A stretch of 64,000 bases of DNA from Nemertoderma westbladi. Its lineage: Eukaryota > Animalia > Xenacoelomorpha. The notes under the pieces are model-generated. The model made no database searches and had not been told where the DNA came from. It saw only the letters and a list, made by a program, of their open reading frames with translations. Every line of letters starts with the position of its first letter. Within the stretch, counting starts at the first letter, position 1. Positions 28,657-41,040 of this stretch are shown here, piece after piece. The position numbers and the translations under genes were made by a program. The DNA lies in the NCBI GenBank assembly GCA_032718475.1, contig JAUCBJ010001188.1:12912-76911 (forward strand). Reading direction: 5' to 3'.

Positions 28657-31645
28657 TGTTTGGCTCCCGATAAATAGGTATATTGTTTTTTTTTACGGGT
28701 TTTTCAACCTTTGTTTGATAGTGACCCCAGGGAAGTGAATGATTTTTATTAACCCAATAAAGTTTATCATCAAATGCGCTGAGAGCAAACTTATCTCGTG
28801 CTACAGTGTACACTTTGTGTAATTGACTCTGAAATTGATGCATTTCCTTGGAAATTTCTTTGTTATCCTTATATGCTCTTAAATAATCTTCGTGGCAAAT
28901 TTTTTTATCCACGACAGGTCTTGTTATTCCTTTCGCCCGTCGTATATTTTTGTTATTCCATTCCAAAATTGAATATAATTTTGGTCTTAAAAATACTGCT
29001 TGTTTAATCTCTCTCGAGCACAACTCGTCTTTACAGTAATAGAGTCTGGATTTATTTTTATTGCTGTAGAGAGGGTGATCCTTGGGGTAATTGGATGTAT
29101 CTAAAATATTATTTTTAATTAAGGCTTTTATGAAATTACTCTGCGATGTATTATAATAACAACCTATTAATGAGTCTGTATCTGATGCTACAATTTCAAT
29201 TCGGCAGTTTAATTCTTTCTCAATAGGTAGTAATTTATTATAGTACAGCTCATACATATCCAATTTAGCCAAATCCAAGACAGTACTACCTACATAGACT
29301 GGTTTATCTAGTGTCACGCTGTCTTTCACTAATAAGTGCCCCGATAAGGAATTGTTATAAATCATGAAATTTTCGTCATTTATACGTTTCACCAATTGAT
29401 CGCATTTCTCATTGCTATTAGCGATACGGAAATTACAGCGATCTTGTATCTTCTCTATCGTTTTACCAAATAACGAGTTATTCAGCAATTTCGCGACAGC
29501 TGTTTCAATATAAGTTTTTGCTAGTCGTCTTTGATTAATATTAAAATCTATATAGGGTTTAAATACAAAGTCTTGATGGAAAGAATACAATTTATGGAGC
29601 TTAGTAACAATTAAACCTTGTTTTATATAAAATTTTAACAGTTTTAAATTTACATGATAGAATTCTTTATCGAATTGTGTCAACATAAGTTTTGGTGCAC
29701 ACATCTTATACTTGCTATTAGTACCTCTTTGTTTACATACATGATTATATTGTTCCCTCATATATGGTGAAAGCATTGTCTCATTTATACTTAAATGTTC
29801 TGGGGCTAAGGGTAGTTCTAATGTACGATCATGAATATCTTTGGGATATTTCAAATCGCAAATTAAGAAAAACCCAATATCCCAATATCCCAATACCCAA
29901 TATTCAGTATCAAGATTTGTTAAATAGTTTATTAGTTCTTCTGGAGCGGCATTCTCTAAATATGTAACGTTGACTTGTTCAAAACCTGAAACAGGTAGCT
30001 TTTTACTTAAATTACCCGAATACAAGGAATTAAAATCTATATTGAAAATATGACACTCTTCCTTGCTTGGATCATAATTATCAGTATCTGGTATATTTGA
30101 TTCTATGTAATGCTTTCGACAGAATGAAACCCCTCCTCTAATAGATGCTTCAAAATCTCTATATGTTTGGTAATCTTTTATTAATGCTAACTTACATTTA
30201 TTGTATTTCAGGGCGCAATCATAAGTGAAAGCTGCGATACTGCAATAATAAACTACTTCTAATTCGTAGTTTTGTCTACATACTCTCCTAAAGTTCTCAA
30301 ATATATCAGCGAGGAGACAAACATCGAGTTTTAAGTATGCTAAAAGATAATCCTTGAGATTTGAACAGTCAAACTGACTCCATGATGCGTTGGCAAAACT
30401 ATATCCCTCGGGTGTACAGGTATTTTGTATTAATTTACTATAAAATTTGTCTATTGATGGTAATTTCGAATCATTGAATTTATTTAAATCTGTCAGATAC
30501 TCGTAGGGAAATATACCTTTTCGTTTAATTGTTGCATTATTTAAATTCGGATAAAAATATTTCATTTGCTGTTCAGTAATTGGTAGAACTGATGTTATAT
30601 CCTTGCTGTCTATATCCTTTGTTGAACAATCAACTAAAGTACTTAGGGAAAAGGATAAAAATTGATATGTGTCTAAGACACGTAGCTCAATTTTTGTTTT
30701 TTGATTTTTCACCGGTATATGCATACTCAGTGAAATATACCTTTCAGAATTTTTAGGGATTACCTTTATATCCCAATCGGAATATCTGTTATTACAAAAG
30801 CCAACTTGTAAAAGAAAATGCAAATCGTAGTGATTGCAGTTGTGTGCAGCGAGTATATACATGTGTCGTTTCAATGATAAAGAGCGGTTACATGCGTTAC
30901 AAGCGGCTGCTATATAGTTACCAGTAATATGTGAGTGATGTTTGTTTTTCTCAGATTTATCCTTAAATAAAACATTGCAATAAAAGCAAGTTTTAGCTTT
31001 CCAAAAACTTAACTTATCTACATCATTAAGTATCATCTTTTCTCTCGTGTTAGTTTCTGACCACTTATATAATTGGGTGATGTCATTATATACAGAGTCT
31101 AAAAAGTCTTGAATACAGTTGTTGTCGATTGTTTTTGTAAAGGTTTTCAAATAAAATTTTGGTAGATTGATTAATTCGCTACTAGGGACAATTAAATAAC
31201 TTACAGCGCATGGAATATGATTCTGAATAAATTTACTGTTGCTGGCTGGCTCCAAAATAGATTCTATGTCAAAATATATTACAAACAATGCTGGTAATGT
31301 TCTGTCTAAATTTCTAAAGCTAATGTGAGTTCTTTTTTCAGACGGTAGCTTCTCAACTTGACTTTTTCCTTGATAAAAAGTAAGACGGTGACGTTCTAGA
31401 ACATCCTTGCTGTAGAAATGTGACAAACACCATTCACAATATTTCCTACATCCAATATGCTTACCTCTTGTATTCATCATGCGATTCAAGTTAGTTATGC
31501 AAACATAATGTGATTGTTTACTCGTATTCTTATTTTTTACAAGTAATATATTCAATAACTCTTTATCTGGAGTGATTTTACTAAATGGTGCCTGTCTTAA
31601 TATAGATACTCGATTGTTCTCGTAGAGTAATAAATTAATTATATC
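28637..31645 (-). CDS. polB: Protein-primed family B DNA polymerase, N-terminally truncated
   Basis: ExoI YFDIES, endonuclease VII-like zinc insert CFYC..HSHITG..ACNACN, AHNCNHYDLHF, KGIFPYEY, IRGG, DFNSLYS, KLLNNSLFGK, SDTDS, RPKLY and KGI. Confidence 0.95.
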   Translation of the reverse strand, partial: DIINLLLYENNRVSILRQAPFSKITPDKELLNILLVKNKNTSKQSHYVCITNLNRMMNTRGKHIGCRKYCEWCLSHFYSKDVLERHRLTFYQGKSQVEKLPSEKRTHISFRNLDRTLPALFVIYFDIESILEPASNSKFIQNHIPCAVSYLIVPSSELINLPKFYLKTFTKTIDNNCIQDFLDSVYNDITQLYKWSETNTREKMILNDVDKLSFWKAKTCFYCNVLFKDKSEKNKHHSHITGNYIAAACNACNRSLSLKRHMYILAAHNCNHYDLHFLLQVGFCNNRYSDWDIKVIPKNSERYISLSMHIPVKNQKTKIELRVLDTYQFLSFSLSTLVDCSTKDIDSKDITSVLPITEQQMKYFYPNLNNATIKRKGIFPYEYLTDLNKFNDSKLPSIDKFYSKLIQNTCTPEGYSFANASWSQFDCSNLKDYLLAYLKLDVCLLADIFENFRRVCRQNYELEVVYYCSIAAFTYDCALKYNKCKLALIKDYQTYRDFEASIRGGVSFCRKHYIESNIPDTDNYDPSKEECHIFNIDFNSLYSGNLSKKLPVSGFEQVNVTYLENAAPEELINYLTNLDTEYWVLGYWDIGFFLICDLKYPKDIHDRTLELPLAPEHLSINETMLSPYMREQYNHVCKQRGTNSKYKMCAPKLMLTQFDKEFYHVNLKLLKFYIKQGLIVTKLHKLYSFHQDFVFKPYIDFNINQRRLAKTYIETAVAKLLNNSLFGKTIEKIQDRCNFRIANSNEKCDQLVKRINDENFMIYNNSLSGHLLVKDSVTLDKPVYVGSTVLDLAKLDMYELYYNKLLPIEKELNCRIEIVASDTDSLIGCYYNTSQSNFIKALIKNNILDTSNYPKDHPLYSNKNKSRLYYCKDELCSREIKQAVFLRPKLYSILEWNNKNIRRAKGITRPVVDKKICHEDYLRAYKDNKEISKEMHQFQSQLHKVYTVARDKFALSAFDDKLYWVNKNHSLPWGHYQTKVEKPVKKNNIPIYREPNNELSDS

Positions 31646-32484
31646 AGTACTGGGCTGAGAGTTGGGGAATCGAAAACAAAGAATAGAGATGAGGAACAGC
31701 GATAAAGTTTTTAATTTCATAATATTATAAGTCAAATGCAAACGTTTCGGAAGTAAACAACTACCATCTTCAGTGCAATCAAAAATAAGCCAAATTAAAG
31801 TAAACAGAAATTTGAAAAAAAACGGCCAAAGAAACAAATATAAAATGCAGTAGTGCTATAGTGCAGAAATAGGGCCTACCTAAGAAGGGCCCTTCTGGAT
31901 ATGGATATTTCAATTGTTTATCCATCTCTTTATTATCCTAAAAACAATTTAAAATTAATATGAATATTGTTATATATATATATATAATCAAAAAAAATTC
32001 ATAAGCTACTCAACACAAATAAAATATAATATCTAAACTTTAATTAATTTAATATTTTCAGAATGAGCTCGATTGTATCAGTTGAGCTCTTTACATATAT
32101 TTCAAGTTTCTACTTATACCAACCAATCATAAATAACAGTTACATTGGAAACTAATATCATAAATAAAGTTGCTTTTACAACTGAATTCTTTATAATAAA
32201 ATCAAGTCTAAACCAAGATGTGCATAATGTGTTTTTAATTTTCATTGATAAAGTAGGTTTTACATGCTAATGTTTATTATAATATCAGGTGTAAACTCAT
32301 GCATTTACATGCGAATGTTTTATACCTAATCCCATGCTCACATTAAATATAAACTATCACCAATATTTACTCAATAAAGTCACCTTTACATGCAAATACT
32401 TTATAATAATCATGCTTTGTGTTAAAAAGTTACCTTTACTAGTTAGTGTGAAACTGAAAAAAAAAGTCTCTAGTTAATAATAAA

Positions 32485-33515
32485 TCAATCTGATACTGCT
32501 TTTATATGTTCCTTATTGTAATCTGCTACCTCTTCACTTGCTTTTGTAACTTTTCTTTTCTTTGTAGGTATAGAATCATTGTTGGGAATGGAAGATGTTT
32601 GAGACGTAGATCTGCGCTTTCTATCACTCGATGTCTCTTCGATGTATGTCTTTGGATTAAATGTGGATGAAACTGCTTCTGGAAATGACTTATTAACCTT
32701 AAACTTCCAAGGTGGTTGATATAGAATCGCGAAACCGTCTGCTATATCAGTTGATGAAACCTTTTCCATCATATCGTTGAGAAACTCTATATGTGGTATG
32801 TCTTTATCATAATGTAACTGTAAATATTTGCTTTCCTTGTCTGTAATAATTACTTTTTTTTCTTGTACATTTATTTTTACTTTAAGTCGGTCAGATAAAG
32901 CTTTATCGCTCGTATCTAGCTCTGAAAAGACACCTTCGTTACTAATTTCATAATTCCATTCATACCACAATGAATTTACTTCCGATGCTGTTAAGTTAAA
33001 CCCATTATAATACCTAAGACCAATAGCATCAGAATATCTAGCTGAAATCTCCCATAGTCCCATATAAGCCGTTCCTTTATATTTGCTTACAAAAGTTGGT
33101 TAAATTAACAACAGAACACTGATTTATTATTTCGAGTGGTGGTGATAACAATTCTAATATTTCTGTCTTACTCTGAAGCAATAAATTAATGAGTGATTTG
33201 TTTAGAATTTGACATTTGCCGTGCTTCTGAATATATACGTTTTCAGTAATAACACAGGTGGAAATATTTAACTTTCCTCTTGTAAATTCTATATTAGGAT
33301 AAATATTACCTCTTGAAACTGATGATTCCTTTTGTCGGTTGATTAATATTTCTAAGATGTCTAGAAGGTAGAGTGTATCCCAGTAAGAGAAGCATGTTGT
33401 TACATTGCTATCACTTGAGTGTAATATAAAGTACTTGCCATAAACAATACTACAGGTATATTTATTACATGTAAATTTCCAAGTATTGTTTGAACTTTTT
33501 TTTAAATAAATCCAT
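32485..33515 (-). pseudogene. Polinton gene with a PC4-like ssDNA-binding motif, apparently split by two frameshifts
   Basis: ATG at 33515 (MDLFKK), a shift in an A-run, a ~140-codon open frame to about 33080, then a second frame reading TFVSKYKGTAYMGLWE...GFNLTASEVNSL. The C-terminus has NLS-like PTKKRK. Confidence 0.5.
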
Positions 33516-33920
33516 AATTAGAATGAAAACTATTTTGAAAAATAAAAACTAAATAAATGATTATTAGATTGTAAAACTTCGGTTTATATGCTTGCTTTAT
33601 TACAACAGAGTGACTTACAGTGAATAATATAGTAGTTTCGTGTAACAGATGCAACGTGTACAGCTAAAATTATTACATTAGCGTGAGTTAGAGAGTGAAA
33701 TAGCAGTAACGAGTAACAGATGCAACATGAACAATGCTAGTCCTATCATTCTAACTTATATTCAACTTAGTTGACCGACCAGTCACATATATACAACGAT
33801 AAAAGAAATCGATTATTATTAATAGTCGAATTAATGTATTCTATGCTATAGTAATTATGTTAAGGAACTAGAAGCTATTTATAAACATCTGCTACCAGTG
33901 TTGAAGATGAAGAATTCAAT

Positions 33921-34656
33921 GGCTATGGTATAACTCGGATATTTATCGCCTTTTTCTCTTGAGGTTGGATGGAAGAGTGATTGGTGAGTTGTGAGGAGTT
34001 ATAACAGTCCCGAGTTCGAACCCAGTTGAATATTTTGTTATCTGAAAAATTGCAAAATTAAATTTAGTTACTGGTGAAAATTACTAGAAGTTACCTGTAG
34101 ACACCTCTAGCATCTGTAAAATAAAGGTTGGTGAATATGAAAATACTGGTTGCTGAAAAATAGCGATTTGAAAAATAGTAGAAGTTACCTGTAGACACCT
34201 CTAGCATCTGTAAAATAAAGGTTGGTGAATATGAAAATACTGGTTGGTGAAAAATAGCGAAAATGAAAAATAGTAGACGTTACCTGTAGACACTCGTAGC
34301 GCCTGTAAAATAAAGGTTGGTGAATATGAAAATACTGGTTGCTGAAAAATAGCGATTTGAAAAATAGTAGACGTTACCTGATGCTAAGTGTAGACACCCG
34401 AACACCTGTAAAATAAAGGTTGGTGATTGGATGCAGTACTAGCGTTGGGTGACTAATAACGCCTCTAGCGGAATAAGCGGGAACTTGAGAAGTTACCATG
34501 GTTACGAATGAAATGCTGGCATCTGATTGGTTGAAATAATAACGACCACTGGTAAAGGTTGAAATGGTGGCTTCTGATTGGATGCAGTACTAGAAATGGA
34601 CAGTAATACTGGGCTATGGGTGACCTTGGCCGGATGTCATAGCTTCTTATACTACT
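33921..34656 (-). repeat. Right terminal inverted repeat of the Polinton
   Basis: Reverse complement of 2390-3014 with 4 rather than 3 subrepeat copies (about 34116, 34210, 34305, 34408). Confidence 0.93.
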
Positions 34657-34945
34657 AATATACGGGATATGCGGTAATCATGGTGGATTAGTAATTAATA
34701 TCATCCAGCTGATTGTTCCTCCCCCATCATGAACTCAACATCAACTTTCATGAGGGTGTGCTAGTTTCTATTGAATCCCCCTGAAAAAAAGATTCCCTAG
34801 ATTGGGGATTCATTCTAACCTACTGTACTGTAGGTTGAAATGATGTCCTTATAAGGTTGGGTACTAGTTTGTAATGAATCCCATAAAAAATGACTCCCAA
34901 ATCATTTAAACCTACTGTAGGTTTAAATGAATCCCCATTAATTTC

Positions 34946-35334
34946 AACCTAGGTTTAAATGAATGGGATTCAATACAACCTAGGTTTAAATGAATGGGAT
35001 TCAATATAACCTAGGTTTAAATGAATGGGATTCAATACAACCTAGGTTTAAATTAATGGGATTCAATATAACCTAGGTTTAAAAGACGTATCTTGGTTTA
35101 AATGAATGGGATTCAATATAACCTAGGTTTAAATGAATGGGATTCAATACAACCTAGGTTTAAATGAATGGGATTCAATATAACCTAGATTTAAATGAAT
35201 GGGATTCAATACAACCTAGGTTTAAATGAATGGGATTCAATAATATAACCTAGGTTTAAGAGACGTATCTTGGTTTAAATGAATGGGATTCAATATAACC
35301 TAGGTTTAAATGAATGGGATTCAATATAACCTAG
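34946..35334. repeat. 31-bp minisatellite, left part (aacctaggtttaaatgaatgggattcaata(t/c))
   Basis: About 11-12 tandem units, each containing the palindrome AACCTAGGTT and the hairpin TGAAT-GGG-ATTCA. Confidence 0.95.
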
Positions 35335-35642
35335 TAATAATAATAATAATAATTTATTTTTATTCGCAAAAACTCCGCAACAAGTTAAAAAACCGCACAG
35401 AGGCAGCCTAACAGAATAAGATCCCATTATAGCTGATTATTACGCGAATAAAGCGTCACAACCTACGATTTTAATTTGTACTATAAAATTAACATACAGT
35501 AGCTTTAGTACTCAACTAATCTATAATAATGTACTGTACAATATGTACACAGTACCTTAAGCACAAACTTCGATCAAACTCGTTAGCCAGCTGTCTCCGG
35601 CATATATTTGTTTAAATTTATAGTCATATTAGTGTGTTTAAT

Positions 35643-38600
35643 TTATGTTATGTCGTCACGTGAGTACATTTTGTAAAATTCCTTCTTTAGTTTATTTATA
35701 AATTTGCTATATGACTTTGTTTCGCGAATATTTAAATTTAGAGAATTCCACAGTCTTGTACAACTAACCATCACGCTGTTGTATCCAAATTTTGTTTTTG
35801 TTTTTGGTACTTTGATACGGAATGTTCTTTTATTTATGTTTTTATTTTGCATTTTAAAATTTTTAAGGAAAGCAATACTTAGATTTTTAAATGGTGTTGA
35901 TAAATCGAAAAAATATTTAAAGAAGTATTTTAGTACGTAGAAATTTCTAAGTGCTTGAAAGTGGGGTAATTTTGCCTTAGTGCGTAATTCTGTCCCAGTG
36001 GCATCTCTGATTTTTTTGCAGTAGACAGTGCGTAGCCCGTAGTTTTGAATTTTATCTAGCCCGTAAAGTAATTCTTTGTACCCGTGTATCATATGTAGTG
36101 GTGTAATAATTTCACAGCAGTAATTATGTAGTGGTAGGACAGTAGCCTTATACACTGTTAGTTTCGTGTTAGTAGGTAATTGACCTTTAATAAGTCTTAA
36201 ACATGATACTGCATGGGTCATTTTCTCAGCAATCAATTTTATTTGTGGCTTCCAAGTAATTTTATTATCAATTATTATTCCTAGGTATTTAAATTGCGAG
36301 CTCTGTTTAACGGTTGCTTTTCTTATGTGCAGGTTAATTTTTTCTATCTCATTTGTTCTAGAATGTGGAGTTATTAAAATAAATTCAGTTTTTTCGGGAT
36401 TTAGTTGCATTTTTAAACTTGAAAAGGTACTATCTATTTTTAATATACGATTTGATAGAGTTTGGGTAGCAGCGATCGGATCCGGTCCTGATGCAAAGAT
36501 GAGAGTGTCGTCAGCGTATTGAATGATGTTAAGGTCTTCAGATTCAGCAATTTCGTTGACGTATATGAGGAACATAAGAGGTCCCAAAAGTGTTCCTTGC
36601 GGAATTCCCCGTTCAGTCTGTTCCCAACTGGAGAAGTTACCGTTGAGCTTAACCCTTTGTTTTCGTTGGCAAAGGTAGTCTTTCATTAGGGAGACAGCAG
36701 TCGAATGGAGACCAATTTCTTTTAATTTTAGAAGAAGAATATGATGATTCAACGAATCGAAAGCCTTACTTAGATCTAGTGAAGCTACAGCCACGTGATT
36801 TCCTTCGTCAAGTTTTGATCGCCAATTCTCAGTTGCGTATATAATCACATCCTTAGTAGAAAAAGATTTCCGAAAACCAAACTGTTTGCTAGGGAGTAGT
36901 TTATTTTTAGTTATGTATGTGATTAATTGTATATAGATGACACGCTCATATGTTTTTGCAAATGAGGAAGTTACAGAAATAGGTCTATAATTTTCAGGTA
37001 TTTCTTTGTCTCATTTTTTGTACACCGGGTTACTTCTGCTAATTTAAGTCTATCAGGGAATTGAGATTTAGTTATAGATTGGTTAATTAAATGAGTCATG
37101 ATAAATATTATTTTAGGGGAAATTAATTTTATTATTTTCGGGGGCACCTTTGAAGGACCAGGCGATTTATTCTCATTAAGTTTTGAGATTATATCGGAAA
37201 CAGTAATCGCATCAATGTTTTTGAAACTGAAATTGTTAATTAAATCTTGATGTTTTTTACTTGGTTCATACGGAATGTCCTGTAATCCCAGAAAATTTCC
37301 TAGATTTAGATACGTTTTGTTAAACAATGATGCCATTGCTATTGGTTTGTTTATTATCCTTTTTAATTTTTTTTTTCATCCCGTAAGGAGTGAATTTTGC
37401 ACGATGGACTCTCTTTATTGAGAATGTTATTTATAATTTTCCACTTTTTACGGGATGAGCTTTCAGAAATGAATTTAGATTTTATAAACTTGTTCTTAGC
37501 AGCCCTATGGTTATGGCGTTGTTTCATTAGTTTTCTTTTAATCGGGGCATGTTTTTCAATAATTTTTCTAACACATCTTCAAATAAATTAAAAGCTAAGT
37601 TTATATCATTATGCTGATAAACGTTAGTCCAATCTATTTTATTTATATCTGACAAAAACATTTTTCTGAGAAACTATTGTAGTCCCTATAAGATACCCAG
37701 TTGCCAGTGTTGGGCGCGTTCATTTTGTTTAGTTTAGAATTTATATTAAATGTTATGAATTCATGATCTGAGAAGTAACATGGAAATGTGTTGCTCTCCG
37801 TTCTATCTAATGAAAACGAAGTAATAAAAAGGTCCAACAGGGTGTCAATTGTTTTGCCATAACGTGTAGGATTCTTTTCATCAGCTATAGAGAGTCCATA
37901 TTGGCCCAAGATTGTTTTAAAATATTCGACTTTTTTATCGGTGGAATTTAACATATTTATATTAAAATCTCCCATTATCGCAATTTTCTTACTCGTAGAA
38001 TTAATAGCACTTTCTAGTTCATCATTAAATTGATTTATGAAGAGTGATGAATTTTTTGGTGGGCTGTATACTAGCCCAACAATAAATTCATTACTAACTT
38101 CTATCCAAATTGAATCATATTTATTTGTAGTTTTGGTTAATTTAATATCTGCTCGTACTTGATGATTAACACTGTCGGGTATATAGATAAGTACACCTCC
38201 CCCATTTTTATTACGTCTATCAGCTCGATATAAATTGTAGCCAGCCAACTTGACACTTCTATTTGGTACGTTTTTTTTAAGCCATGACTTAGTCACACCT
38301 ATAATTAGATTGTCATCTATACTGGTTAATATGTCTTTTAATTCCGAGTAGTTTTTGACGATACTTCTGGCATTTAAAAGTAAAAATTTGGTTTGGTTTT
38401 TATTTTCTAGCAAGTAGTATCTCACATTATTTAGATGTTGTCTATTTTTTCCAAACTTAATTGTATATTTATTATTACTTTTAGGATCAATGTAGTTTAT
38501 GTTTGGCGTCGGGCCAGGGTTCTTGTGAACATCTCCAGCACGGTTTATTATAGTTATGATGGTGTGCGAAATAATAATAATATCTGTAATATAAAATATA

Positions 38601-39472
38601 TATCGCATGAAAATAATAATATAACATTTTATGAAAACAAATGTATTTCTTTTCATAATTTGTCTTACTGAATTGCGTTCTTTGTTTGTAATTTTGTGTC
38701 CTAGTTTCGAGTGATGTCTTTTTTGTATTCCTATTATATTCGTTTGCCAAGCTGAGTAAATTAATATTAAAATTATTAGCCGTTGTGGCGAATATATATT
38801 GTAATGATGTGAACGTAGTATTACAATATATGTCACTATAGTAGTTATGAATAAGAGTGTGAAATGTACAAATGGACTTCCCGCAAACAAATGGCAGTTA
38901 ATATTTATTTTTATATTAAGGGAGATGTGTATCAAGTTACCAATTAATGCATATAAAAATATAAATCTGTAATTATTTTTGTTACCTGATACAACACAGC
39001 TTATATGACATTTTTTATTAAAATAATTATATATTTCAGAAAAATATTTTGGGTAAAATGCTTCATAATTTGCCGCATATTGAATTATGTATCCTATTTT
39101 ATAAATGGTGCTAATGACAGTTGCCAGGTACTGGTGGCTAACGAGGAAGATCAAAATAACTATAAAATAATCAATAACACAGTATTTATCATTATCAATA
39201 AGAGATTGTACTTGTACATGGGATCTGTATGAGTATAATGTGGGGAATCGAAATTGTGTACCGGTACCGGTAATGCTGCTTGTGCGGTTATTACATACAT
39301 TTAAAGAAATTATATCGCAATAATTGGACCGGTAGATACATGTACCGGTATATATTTGAATATTATTTTTGCAGTAAAATAATAAAATTACCATAAAAGG
39401 AAAAATAAAATTTATCATTGGATGATAAACGAACATTATAAAATGGTCATTTCGTTTGATATTATTAATCAA
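35643..39472 (-). pseudogene. LINE ORF2: hydrophobic leader, 2A-like motif, APE endonuclease and reverse transcriptase (several frameshifts)
   Basis: GDVHKNPGP; LLNARS, GGGVLIY, MGDFN and FSDH (APE); KSPGPSKV, LDLSKAFDS, GIPQGTLLGP, QYADD and FKYLG (RT). Confidence 0.93.
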
Positions 39473-39541
39473 TTAGTTTGCCTCTAGCTGAAAATAAAAG
39501 ATGATGAACATTATATAAAGAATATATAAATGAATATATAT

Positions 39542-41040
39542 TTAGACACTGATATTACCGTGGGCTGTGATTGCCCTTATTAGGGCTATTGCCGAATCAA
39601 CTAACGGGTTACCGGCGTTGCTGTTCAGCCCTCTGTCCGAACTAACTGTGTTGGATTGATTTGCCGCACAAAAGTCAAAATAATAGGGCTGATCGAATTG
39701 TCGATGCGGTGTAGCGATGAATGGTTGATGGATATTCCGGTACATTGCCATGGGTTGTTGCAAGTTGGTCGATTTACGAGGGTACTCATGGTGGAATTGC
39801 TGCGTATCTGCAGGTGTAGGATGATATTTCCACGCAGATGCCGGGGGCAATTGCCTGTTATGTTGCAAGCGATAATTTCCTCCCCCTCTATTCATCAGAG
39901 GTGGTTGGGGGTAGGAAGTTTGTTTAAATTGATGCGGGTTCGAGCAGCGATATTCGGACGGAACGGAACTATTCGTCTGCTGCTTGTGTGCGTGAGGTCC
40001 ATGTATTTGCAGCTTTATATTTCTCGCAAGTATTCCAATATATTTTGCGGCGATATGTTTGGTGTCAAATAAGTGTGATCTTTTAATATTCGACTGCTCA
40101 ACCAATCTAACACCGACCTTTTGACATAGCTTCCGGATTTCTCCGTTGATTGCGTCTACATTGACATCCGAACGAGTGATGATCTCAGAAACGTGGATAT
40201 CGCAAAGAGGCCACTTTTTGCGAATAGTCTCGATACTTTCGTGTGTATTATTTATTATTAAAGAGGTATTATGATTTTCGGGATTGAAGTCATTAGTCCC
40301 CGTTTGGATATACACATGGTTGATTTTATTTGAAAATTTATTTATAGAGGACGTAGTATTCCGTAGGAGGTCGCCCGTTGTGGCACAGGGAACCATGCGG
40401 GCTGCCCGGTCAATTTTGCGCGGATATATATACTTCCGGTTACTATCCATGAATAGCAGGGTAGTAACTCTGTTATCTTTGTCTTCCGTTGGTGTAACCC
40501 TGATAAATTCGGTGGTATCGGTATCAATATCAATGACTGTCGGTGTTTCTGCGGTAGTACCGGAATTCGATTGAGTATGAGAACCGTTACCCGTAATTAT
40601 TTGGTTTGAATCTGGCTGTTCCAACTCCTGTATAATTTCTGAATCAGATTGCCCAGCATCTCGATATCCCGATGCATGGTCGCATTGACCAGGAGTTAGC
40701 TGGGTTTTGTTATCGGTATAGGTCGTGGCAGTAGAACAGAGGCTAGATTCGACTATGCGCTCGAGATTATGAATGCGCATCATGTCGCCTCGCCGTATCT
40801 CTTTTACCTGGGCAAGTTCGAGTTCAACCGTAGCCAGACGATCAAGTAATCGGCTATATAATACCAGACATTGAGCCCCATCATGTACACCAGGTGTATG
40901 AGGGCTACCGTTACATGACGGTGTCACGTTGTCGGTACCGGTAGGAATATCGCTAGAACTATCATTACGATTGTACGTTGTATTTAAATCAGTACCAGTA
41001 CCGGTAGCGACGTCTGGGGTATATGGAGACTCACTGAGTG
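39542..41040 (-). CDS. LINE ORF1 with coiled coil and SGNH/GDSL esterase domain (5' end missing)
   Basis: LLFMDSN, VYIQTGTND and LFDTKHI blocks, typical of CR1/L2 ORF1 esterases. Confidence 0.8.

Larger units (their letters stand above)
2390..34656. mobile_element. Polinton/Maverick (adintovirus-like endogenous DNA virus), both ends present, defective
   Basis: Termini are AGTAGT (2390) and ACTACT (34651-34656), with long inverted repeats. Flanks AATATG (2384-2389) and AATATA (34657-34662) form a 6-bp TSD with one mismatch. It contains pPolB, integrase, ATPase, adenain, MCP and pentons, and is about 17.6 kb after removing the BEL insertion. Confidence 0.96.
35335..41040 (-). mobile_element. 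CR1/L2-group LINE, 5'-truncated within ORF1, inserted in the minisatellite
   Basis: 3' tail (TTA)n at 35335-35353, TSD ACCTAG (35329-35334 and 41041-41046), esterase ORF1 and APE-RT ORF2. Confidence 0.92.

Noticed and set aside
31646-31837. Signal peptide or TM segment at the pPolB N-terminus
   Set aside because: It is read-through into unrelated T-rich DNA beyond the homology break.
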